This document shows, piece by piece, positions 37,319 to 45,860 of a stretch of 64,000 nt of DNA (position 1 is the stretch's first letter; every line of letters starts with the position of its first letter). A program made the position numbers and the translations under genes. Source of the stretch: Candidatus Latescibacterota bacterium (GTDB taxonomy: Bacteria > Latescibacterota > UBA2968 > UBA8231); contig CBDCXV010000011.1 of assembly GCA_965223905.1 (NCBI GenBank), positions 512,001 through 576,000 of the forward strand, given 5' to 3'. Below the pieces are notes generated by a model, which saw only the letters and a program-made list of their open reading frames with translations, did not search any database and was not told where the DNA came from.

Positions 37319-39286
37319 TCAATGCCCGGCCTGTAGGCGTAGCAGTTTGCCGCCGCCGGCCACAAGGGTCACCTCCGCCCGCGACCCGTCCGAAACCGGA
37401 CGCCAGTCCCCCGTCTGGGCGTCGAACTCCTCCATGGCTCCCGGGCCCACAACCGTCCTCGTGATCTCCAGCCCGTGGTCCAGGTTCACGACCAGGACGT
37501 GTGTCGTTTCGCCGGTGGACCCGAAGAAGCCCCAGAGGAGGCCCTTTCTACTGGTCCCGATCGTGTAAGGGGGATCCACCGTAAACGCAGCGTCGGCCGG
37601 CAGTTCATCGACAAACCCGCCCGCTGGCTTTTGACCGGAGTGGTACACGGCGAGGGAAGTCAACGGCTGCAGCTGCTCGGCGACGGCGATGAACTCGGCG
37701 TGGTTTTGGCCCACGGCCTCGCCCAACGGAGTCAACGGCGCTGCCGCGTCGGCGGCGGCACGCTCCTCGGTCCACTCGATGTCTTCGAATTCAGATATGC
37801 CTCCGTGGAAGTCGCTGTAGGCCCAGTAGGTAAAATGCATGATGCCCTGACCGCCGTAAGCCAGCGTGGTGTAGCCCAGGTACCTGCTCTCGTCGCCGTT
37901 GGGCACGCGGTGGGTCTCGCTCAATGAAGCCGCCTGAATGACGTTGATGAAGGGAATGCCGCCGTAGAGTGCTGCCTCACGTACGAGGGCCAGGTTCGTG
38001 AAGTACTGATTGCCGTCGTTGTTCGTGCGGAGGTTGTAGTGGTCATAGCTGATCAGGTCCGGCTTGACGATATCCACGTACTGACGCAAGTGCTCCCGGT
38101 AGGCTTCGACGAGGCCTCCCGAAGTGCCCAGCGCCCCAGCGCTGGCGTAGGTGGGAAACAGATTGATGTGGGCAAGGTGGGCGGGATCGCGCTCGCGGAT
38201 GTACTCCACCAGCCTGGCGAACTCCGGAAATCTGACCGCACTGGGCTCGTCGACGATTCTGTAGGAGTACAGGGCGGGATGGTCCTTCACGGCGTCGATG
38301 ACCGCGTCCATCGTCGCCTTGCGTTCCGGGTCGTCCAGGTAGCTGGGCTCTCTCAGGGCGTAGTCGATCAGGTCTAAGCGTAATCCGTGCGCGTGGGCGA
38401 CGTCGAGATCTTCCACAGTGCTTCCCCAGGCCAGGGTGAAACCCCCGTCGACCAGCTTCTGGGCCATCCCGTGTGTCAATGGACCCCATCGACCCCCTCC
38501 ACCGCCGGGGCCGTGGTAGTAGCCGACGATGGGAGTACCTATCTGCCATTTGCGCTGTACTGTGAAATCGAGTACCGAGTCTTCGTGTAGCACGAGGCCG
38601 CGCTGTTCGAATGGCACAATTCCCGGTTCGGTAATGCTCACTCGATAGGTGGGCCGATTTTGCTGGACGACCACTTTGCCTGTAGCTGTACCTGCTGGAC
38701 CTGGTGCAGAAGGTCCTGCGGCCCCATCGCTGAGAACCATCTTCCTGGTTTCAGCAAAACCCCCTGAAGTGAGTTCGTAGAGGTACACCCCAGCGGCCGC
38801 CCCCTGGCCTGAGTCATCCAGGCCGTCCCAGGTGGTCGAATGGGACCCGGATTCCTGCCAGGCATCGACCAGAGTGCGCAGGCGCTGGCCCAGATTGTTG
38901 TAGATCTCAACCCTGGTGTATCCAGGATCCGGGAGACTGTAGGTAATGACGGTGGAGGAGTTGAACGGATTCGGATAATTCTGATGCAACTGGAAAGACG
39001 AGGGCGTCGTTTCATCCTCCTCTATCACTGTGGGAATGACGAGATCAATCCGGTATCCACCCTCGTCGTCCGTAACATCACTGTACGCCTCCAATGGATC
39101 GTCCTCGTTCGTGAAGGTGATCTCGGCCCCGGCAACGGGCTCGTTGCCGGCCGTTTCCACGGTGCCCGAGACGACGATCCCCCCCCACGCCGGTAAGCCG
39201 ACGAGCGAAACCAGGGCATACAGGGGCATGAGGACTGGGCGGCAAAATGGTTTGACCGAAAAGTCGTTGCAGATTGTCGTTCGCAT
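37319..39286 (-). CDS. Secreted protein: carboxypeptidase-regulatory-like domain, internal FlgD/T9SS type-A-like domain, glycoside hydrolase-like TIM barrel
   Basis: VSGTVET; QNYPNPFNSSTVITYSL..IYNNLGQRLRTLV..WDGLD..GVYLYEL..TRKMVL; YRIVDEP, DLISYDHY. Confidence 0.8.
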   Translation of the reverse strand: MRTTICNDFSVKPFCRPVLMPLYALVSLVGLPAWGGIVVSGTVETAGNEPVAGAEITFTNEDDPLEAYSDVTDDEGGYRIDLVIPTVIEEDETTPSSFQLHQNYPNPFNSSTVITYSLPDPGYTRVEIYNNLGQRLRTLVDAWQESGSHSTTWDGLDDSGQGAAAGVYLYELTSGGFAETRKMVLSDGAAGPSAPGPAGTATGKVVVQQNRPTYRVSITEPGIVPFEQRGLVLHEDSVLDFTVQRKWQIGTPIVGYYHGPGGGGGRWGPLTHGMAQKLVDGGFTLAWGSTVEDLDVAHAHGLRLDLIDYALREPSYLDDPERKATMDAVIDAVKDHPALYSYRIVDEPSAVRFPEFARLVEYIRERDPAHLAHINLFPTYASAGALGTSGGLVEAYREHLRQYVDIVKPDLISYDHYNLRTNNDGNQYFTNLALVREAALYGGIPFINVIQAASLSETHRVPNGDESRYLGYTTLAYGGQGIMHFTYWAYSDFHGGISEFEDIEWTEERAAADAAAPLTPLGEAVGQNHAEFIAVAEQLQPLTSLAVYHSGQKPAGGFVDELPADAAFTVDPPYTIGTSRKGLLWGFFGSTGETTHVLVVNLDHGLEITRTVVGPGAMEEFDAQTGDWRPVSDGSRAEVTLVAGGGKLLRLQAGH

Positions 39287-39359
39287 GGATTCTCTCCACG
39301 ATTCTGCCGAAGAGGCAGCGGGAACTAATCTACACCAATCTGCGTTGATGCCCTACCAT

Positions 39360-39401
39360 GTTAGACGACAAAGAAACCTCGTTAGACGACAAAGAAACCT
39401 C
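39360..39401. repeat. Perfect 21-bp tandem duplication
   Basis: GTTAGACGACAAAGAAACCTC x2. Confidence 0.95.
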
Positions 39402-39469
39402 AGCATAATTTTCTGTAGAAACGAATAGCCAGGCTACTTCCAAAGAAAGGAGCCTTGTGCTCCGTGACC

Positions 39470-39710
39470 ATGAGAGCGGCCGACGAGTGGCCGCAGTGGC
39501 GGGGCCCCGCAGGCGACGGTGTGTGGCGTGAAACTGGAAGCACCCCTCATCCCCCCGAATGAAATGGTCATCTCGATCGCATCACCCGTCTCGATGGCGA
39601 CAGGCTCTTCGTCCCCGCGATCAGCTCAATCAGCGGGATGGCGTGGTGTGGTCGCACCCGGCCTTCGCCAGCAACGACGAGAAGCTGGTCTGCGCCAACC
39701 TGGGGGCCGG
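39470..39710 (+). pseudogene. PQQ-like beta-propeller protein relic (only N- and C-terminal motifs left)
   Basis: ADEWPQWRGPAGDGVWRETG, then about 100 bp later VVWSHPAFA.NDEKLVCANL. Confidence 0.7.
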
Positions 39711-39764
39711 CTCACCGTAGCATCGCTAGCCCTGCGCGACGCAACCATCAGAGGAGGCAATCGC

Positions 39765-39880
39765 ATGACACAGGCCATTCCAACCGCAGGGCTGGGTCGC
39801 ACCGGACTGAAGGTCACGCGGCTCGGCTTCGGCACCGCCATCAGCGGCAATCACGACGACGAGCGCTGGGACGAATTGCG
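39765..39880 (+). pseudogene. Aldo/keto reductase N-terminal relic
   Basis: GAGGAGG RBS; LGRTGLKVTRLGFGT. Confidence 0.75.
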
Positions 39881-40059
39881 TCTCCAACCAGGTCGCTTCC
39901 GCCTCACATCGGTCAGCTGCCTCACCCAATATGCTGACTCCGCCTTCAGGCGATAGAGAGCGATCTCATACTGCTCCTTGAGGAGCGCTGGAGTTCCGTT
40001 CCGTGGATGCGCTGCACCGACTGAAGAAGTGAAACCCCTCACAGTAGTAGCGATGGATC

Positions 40060-41245
40060 TCTCCAGCACACCCGAACGTCCGAGCACCGACTGCCGCTCC
40101 ACGTCGAGAAAGAGATGCGCGCCTACCTCGAATGCGGCGTTCTGGCTTGCGGGTTCGTGCGGGCCCGTTGTGAGGACTGCGGGGCGAGCCGGGCGGTTGC
40201 CTTCTCCTGCAAGAAGCGGGGATTCTGCCCCTCCTGCAGCGGCCGCCGCATGGCCGATACGGCGGCGCGCCTGGTCGACGACGTGCTGCCCCGGGTGCCG
40301 GTGCGCCAGTGGGTGCTCAGCTTTCCGTACGAGATTCGCTACCGCCTCGCCTACGACGGCGAGTGGGTCTCGAGGGTACTGGGGGTATTTCTGCGCGTGG
40401 TGGGCCGCTGGTATCGACGCCAGGCGCAGGCCCTGGGCTATGACAGCGGGCGCTGCGGCTCGGTAACCTTCGTCCAGAGATTCGGTTCCTCCTTGAACCT
40501 CAATCCTCATCTGCACGTGCTCCTGCTCGACGGGGTTTATGTCGATGGGGACGAAGCTCGGGTTTTCGTAGCGGCCCCGCCGTTGTCCGACCCAGACGTG
40601 CAGCAGATCGTGCAGACGAGTGCGCGCCGCATCATCCGCCTGTGCACGAAAGGCGGCCTGCTCGACGCCACTCAAGCCGATCGGCTCGCCGACGAGGAGC
40701 CCGTGCTGGCCGCCCTGACGGCGGCCTCGGTGGGTGGGATCATCGCCACCGGGGCACGCGCAGGTCAGCGCTTGCGACGCGCCCTCAAAGATCCGGCCAC
40801 CGGGGTGCGTACGGCGCCCTTGTGCGTTGCTTCGCGCGGCTTTTCCCTGCATGCGGCAACGCGGATCGCGGGCCCTGACCGGCAGGGGCTCGAACGCTTG
40901 TGCCGCTATGTGGCCCGGCCGGCCCTGGCCTCGGGGCGCCTGCGCATCCTCGATTCGCAGCGGCTTTCCTTCGCGCTCAAAACGCCGTGGTCGGATGGCA
41001 CCAGCCATCTCCTGCTCTCGCCGATGGAACTGCTTGAGAAGCTGGCGGCTCTGGTCCCCCCGCCCCGGTTTCATCTCCTGCGTTACCACGGGGTCCTGGC
41101 CCCCCGGGCCCGGGACCGCGGCCGCATCGTGCCCGCCAAACCAGGTGAGGAGTCGACGGCGGCGGACCGCGATTCGAGCGCTCCGCCCTGCGCCCATCGC
41201 CTGGGCTGGGCGGCCCTGCTCGCCCGCGTGTTTTCTGCCGACCTC
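40060..41245 (+). mobile_element. Truncated second copy of the IS91/ISCR-type transposase
   Basis: 1186 bp matching 12319-13504 (offset 27741), no differences noticed; lacks the start and the C-terminal CxxC. Confidence 0.93.
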
Positions 41246-41515
41246 CTGGAGGAAGCGGTTCACAAGCTGAGCGGCCGCCCCGCCGAGCGCTTCGGGCTGA
41301 CCCGGCGAGGCCTCATCGCCGAGGGATACCACGCAGACATCGTCCTCTTCGATGCGGATACCGTCGCCGACCGCGCCACCTACGAGAATCCCCACCAGCT
41401 CCCCACCGGCATCGACTCGGTGATCGTCAACGGCGTCCAGGTGATTTCCGGGGGAACTGCAATCGATCCCCTGCCGGAGGTGCTGCCGGGCAGGGCGCTG
41501 AAGTACCACTCATGA
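41246..41515 (+). pseudogene. 3' relic of a D-aminoacylase paralog, fused in frame to the transposase fragment
   Basis: Collinear with 10245-10514, with scattered substitutions. Confidence 0.9.
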
Positions 41516-41525
41516 AAGGGCCGCG

Positions 41526-42524
41526 ATGAACCGACCCCCGGATGAATTCAGACGCATCGCCGAAAAAGACCTGCTATTCTTCGCAACCGCCTGCCTGCAG
41601 CATGCGGGCATGCCGGGCGACTAGGCCTCGCTGCTGGCCCGCTGCCTCGTCAACTCCGACCTGCGCGGGGTGCGTTCCCACGGGACCCGCGCCCTCCGCG
41701 GCTACTGCGGCGCCCTGCGGGACGGCGCCGTCAACGCCGACCCGGAGATCCGCGTGCTCAAGGAGACGGACGTGGCGATCCACGTCGACGGCGGCGGCGG
41801 CCTCGGATACTCCCCGATGATGATGGCGACCGAGGCCGCGGTCCGGAAGTCCCGCGAAAGGGGGGTCGCCGTCGGAGCCGCCTGCAACATCGGCCACTAC
41901 GGCTCGGCCGGGCATTACGTCCGCCGCGCCATGGAGGAGGGCTGCACCGCCTTCTCGGTGCAGGGGTCCTACCCGCAGTACTACGAGTCGAACGAGGGGA
42001 AGCGGGCAATGTATTACGGCAACCCACCCCTCAGCTTCGGCCTGCCGAGCGCCTCGGAGCCTCCCGTCGTCCTCGACTGCGCCACCTGCATCATGGCCGA
42101 CGACTGGCGCGGACCGGAGTACGAGGCGTTGGAAACCCTGATCCCGGCGGCGTTCTTCAAGTCGATGGGGTACACCGCGGTCGCCTCCGCCCTCGGAGGG
42201 GTATTCGTGGGCCTTGCCGACGAGGCCTGCCGGGAGACCAAGAGGAGATATCCGTCCGCCAGGCTCGGAGGCATGGTCTGGGTGATGGACATCGGCCTCT
42301 TCTGCCCGCCTGACGATTTCCGGCACGGCATCGACGAGATGGTCCGCCTCGCCCGCGAGCAGATGATTCCGCTGCAGGGATACGACGAGACGAACCTGCC
42401 CGGGGCGGTCGAGGACCGCCTGGAGAAGGATCAGCGGGAGAGCGGCGTCCGCATCGGCACGGAGGATGCCGCGCGCCTCGACGAGCTGGCGGCGGAGACC
42501 GGGGTCGCGATCGACTGGATGTAG
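41526..42524 (+). pseudogene. Ldh_2 family oxidoreductase paralog with a nonsense codon
   Basis: Same length as 10525-11523; CAG>TAG at codon 33 (41622-41624). Confidence 0.88.
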
Positions 42525-42610
42525 CTGCCGGTCCGGAAATCGAAAAGCCTTTTACCAATCAGAGGCTGTAATGAGGTGCCCCCAGGCCTGCCGGGGTTTA
42601 AATCGCCAAG

Positions 42611-42775
42611 TGTCAACTGAACGACCACCGGCTTCAAGCCGGTTGGTTCGTTGTTCGGCTGAAGCGACTGAAGGAATGCGGAGTCAGACTGTTTCACATG
42701 GCTCATGGCCTGCGGCCATTTCGCTGCTACTGCTCCACCTGAAGGCAAGGGGTTTCAACCTTCCCCGGAAGAGAC
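42611..42775. mobile_element. Putative non-autonomous IS200/IS605-type palindromic element (MITE/PATE-like)
   Basis: TGTCAAC then hairpin AACGACCACCGGCTT/AAGCCGGTTGGTTCGTT; degenerate second hairpin CTCCACCTGAAGGCAAGGGG; resemblance recalled from memory. Confidence 0.5.
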
Positions 42776-42800
42776 GCAAAAACCTCCGGATGAGGGGAAA

Positions 42801-43673
42801 ATGAATCGATTACTGATTTTGTTGATCATGATAGGCGTAGCTGGAGCACACAATGGGCACCTATTTCCCTTCTATGAGCTTACGGATGAGATGCTGGAAA
42901 CGATTGATATACATGATGGACTAATCGACGAGTGGTATGAGGTCGGCGAACCCTGTATGACAACGCTGGATTTCAAGACTGTCCGGGACCAAGTTCCGTT
43001 TGATCCCTCCAACCTCGATTTCCAAATCTGGCTGGCTTGGCACGAGGAACTTAATCGGATTTATGTGGCTGTCATTGTCGCTGACGATGAACACAAGAAC
43101 TGGGATAGGATAGACTTCGCGGAGGACGGCATTGATTTCTACCTCGATGCCGATCACAGCGGCGGTAGAGGGTACTTGGATGTGTTGCTAGATGGTACGG
43201 AGGTGGCGACAGAGAAGGTGCATCTGATGTGGGGACAAACGCAAAGGTATCGTGCCATTCCTCAGGCAACAAGCGAGGGGACACGGATAACAGGTGGGGG
43301 ATATGGGTGGAGGATTCACCCTCCTTACGGAGACGCAGGTGGAGAAGCTGCCGGAGAGAATCCCACAATTTGGATAATCGAGATGTATGTTACGCCATTC
43401 AATCAATGGGGATACAGCGTGGAAGAGACTACTTTCGGTGAGCTGTCCGCGCATCGGATCGTAGGATTCGCCCTGGTTATCACCGACTACGATCGCTCTA
43501 AAGACCATACGGGTACTATAGAGTGGAACCCGGAAGCCATAGAGGATATGGAGGCGCTTCATTATCTCGGCCGCCACGTGGCCGAGATCTTCCTCGATGG
43601 ACTGTTGTTTCCCGCTCAGGAAACAGCCGTCGAGTCCCTTGCCTGGGGACGGATCAAGGCATCGCTGCAATAA
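42801..43673 (+). CDS. Secreted CBM9/DOMON-like protein with C-terminal WGRIK tail (divergent third member)
   Basis: Signal peptide ending AGA-H; HDGLIDEW, RIYVAVIVADD, EDGIDFYLDADHSGG; ends TAVESLAWGRIKASLQ. Confidence 0.8.
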   Translation: MNRLLILLIMIGVAGAHNGHLFPFYELTDEMLETIDIHDGLIDEWYEVGEPCMTTLDFKTVRDQVPFDPSNLDFQIWLAWHEELNRIYVAVIVADDEHKNWDRIDFAEDGIDFYLDADHSGGRGYLDVLLDGTEVATEKVHLMWGQTQRYRAIPQATSEGTRITGGGYGWRIHPPYGDAGGEAAGENPTIWIIEMYVTPFNQWGYSVEETTFGELSAHRIVGFALVITDYDRSKDHTGTIEWNPEAIEDMEALHYLGRHVAEIFLDGLLFPAQETAVESLAWGRIKASLQ

Positions 43674-44526
43674 TGGCCTTCTACATCCTCCTGCTCCTGC
43701 TCGCTCAAGTCAGAGCCCACGATCTGAGCGGGAGCGTATACTGCTCGCGGGATGGTGAAGCTCGCCGGCTATCGGATTTTGGAGCCGTCACCCCGATATG
43801 GTCACCGGACGGCCAAAGCATCTGCTACGTCCAGCAAACCGATGATGAGAGCCTGTTTCACCTCATATCGCCTACCGGTAAGAATCTGGAGACCATACCC
43901 CTACCCCCGCCATTGACGCTTACGGGAGGCATGTCCTGGCATCCCAACGGAAAGATCGCCTTCGCCGCAGGTCAGGGGGAGTCGTTCGACATCTACAGCC
44001 TGAATCTACAGACCGGACAAACCCGACAGATCATGTCGGATGGCATTCAGCCGGCCTGGTCTCCGGATGGCCAGCTACTGGGCTTCACTACGTACCGGGA
44101 CAGCAACCTGGAAATCTATCTTGCGGACCACGAAGGACGCTTGCGGAATCTGTCCCGTCACGACGGCCTCGATGCCCGTTCTTCATGGGAGCCCGGGGGA
44201 ACCCGCATCGCTTTCGAAAGCACCCGGTTCGGTAATCTGGAGATCTGTGTAGTTGACGTCGTCAGCGGGGACATAATTCGCCTGACGAATGACCCAGGCA
44301 AGGATTGGAATCCGGCCTGGGCTCCTGATGGCCGGATCGCTTTCGTTTCTGACCGAACCGGGGAAACCAGGATCTTCACATGGCGGCCGACGGGGCGAAC
44401 GTCACACAATTTCCCCAAGGACATGCGGGTGACTGGCAGCTGTCCTGGTCACCCGATGGAAAAAACCTATGCTTCGTATCCAGCAGGCCGGAACCGTTCT
44501 TTGATTGGCTGTTCCGATTGTTCTGA
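43673..44526 (+). CDS. TolB-like PD40 beta-propeller protein, frameshift near 44379
   Basis: Repeated P.WSPDG..IAF motifs; the last repeat (QLSWSPDGKNLCFVS) continues in another frame to TGA 44524-44526. Confidence 0.8.
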
Positions 44527-44638
44527 CTGATGTGAACGGGGGGATCCCGAGGCGGGATCCTCGCCGGGCATCTTGACACCTTTCTCCGGCACCGCCCGAA
44601 CGATGCCCCTCCGGGTAGAGCCGGCGGGGCCGTCGCCC

Positions 44639-45850
44639 TCAACCGATGACACCCTCGGTCCGCAGGCGGGCAAGCTCCGACGCTGAAACCCCGACCAGCT
44701 CCCGGAGCACCTCGTCCGTATGCTGCCCCAGGTCGGGAGCCGGGCGCGGCTCGAGCACACAATCCCCATCCGAGAACTTTAGCGGCGAAGCGGGAACCGC
44801 GATCGAGGCTCCCGCGGCCGGTAGCTCCTGCCGCCTGATGGCGCCCCTGGCGGCGACGTGGGGATCGGCGACCACCTCCCCTATGTCGTGGATCGGTCCG
44901 CAAGGTACCCCTGCCTGCCCGAGAAGTTCGCACCATTCCTCCACCGGACGACGCGCAAGCCGGACGGCCAACAGCTCTTCCATCTCGGCGTGGTTCCGGG
45001 TGCGCAGCTCGTTGGTCGCGAAGCGGGCGTCCTCGCACAGCTCCGGCGAGCCGATGGTCTCGCACAGCGACCGCCACAGGCGGTTGTTGCCGGCGGCGAT
45101 CACGAGATACCCGTCCGCGGCCCGGAAGAACTGGAACGGCGTGATCGCCGGGTGGCGGCTGCCCAGGGGCGCCGGCACCTCGCCGGAGACGTCGTAGCGG
45201 GCGATGGCGTTCTCGAGCAGGGCGACCTGGCAGTCGAGCATGGAGACGTCGAGGTGCTGGCCCCGGCCCGTTTCCCGGGCCCGCGCCAGGGCGGCGATCA
45301 TGCCGATGACCCCGTAGAGGGCGGCGCTGAGATCCGCTATCGAGGAGCCGACCCTGACCGGGGGCTGACCCTCGATCCCGGTGATGCTGGCGATGCCACT
45401 CATCGCCTGGATGATGATGTCGTAGGCAGGCCGTTTCGCGTACGGACCGGTCTGCCCGAAGCCGGATATCGAGGCGTAGACAAGGCGGGGGTGCTCCGCG
45501 TGCAGCCTGTCGAAGTCGAGCCCGAAGCGCGCCATGCTTCCCGGGCGGAAGTTTTCGAGGAGCAGGTCGCACCTGCCGGCCAGGGCGCGCGCCAGCTCCT
45601 GCCCGCGCTCGCTGCGCAGGTCGACGGCGACGCTCTTCTTGCCGCGGTTGACGCTGGCGAAGTAGGCGCTCTCGCCGTTGACGAATGGCCCGAACCCGCG
45701 CGCCTCGTCCCCGGTCCCGGGAAGCTCGACCTTGACTACCTCGGCTCCGAAATCGGCGAGGACCATCGACGCGAACGGGCCGGCGAGGACGCGCGTCAGA
45801 TCGAGGACGCGAACTCCGTTTAACAAACCTGCCTGTTGTTCCTGTTCCAT
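44639..45850 (-). CDS. CaiB/BaiF family (class III) CoA-transferase
   Basis: RVLDLTRVLAGP, VNRGKKS, ENFRPG, ISGFGQTGPY, PAYDIIIQAMSG. Confidence 0.95.
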   Translation of the reverse strand: MEQEQQAGLLNGVRVLDLTRVLAGPFASMVLADFGAEVVKVELPGTGDEARGFGPFVNGESAYFASVNRGKKSVAVDLRSERGQELARALAGRCDLLLENFRPGSMARFGLDFDRLHAEHPRLVYASISGFGQTGPYAKRPAYDIIIQAMSGIASITGIEGQPPVRVGSSIADLSAALYGVIGMIAALARARETGRGQHLDVSMLDCQVALLENAIARYDVSGEVPAPLGSRHPAITPFQFFRAADGYLVIAAGNNRLWRSLCETIGSPELCEDARFATNELRTRNHAEMEELLAVRLARRPVEEWCELLGQAGVPCGPIHDIGEVVADPHVAARGAIRRQELPAAGASIAVPASPLKFSDGDCVLEPRPAPDLGQHTDEVLRELVGVSASELARLRTEGVIG

Positions 45851-45860
45851 CTTTTCCTCC

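Noticed and set aside
39360-39401. CRISPR array
   Set aside because: Two adjacent copies, no spacer, no cas genes
40061-41251. CTCCAG/CTGGAG 6-bp inverted repeat at the ends of the second transposase segment
   Set aside because: Too short to exceed chance in GC-rich DNA, and IS91 elements do not use terminal inverted repeats
41622-41624. Programmed amber read-through (pyrrolysine or recoding) in the Ldh_2 paralog
   Set aside because: Simple CAG>TAG transition in a locus whose upstream gene is already truncated; TAG is a normal stop elsewhere in the window
44540-44562. Hairpin GGATCCCG-AGG-CGGGATCC between convergent genes as an intrinsic terminator
   Set aside because: Plausible stem but no U-tract on either strand; too weak to call
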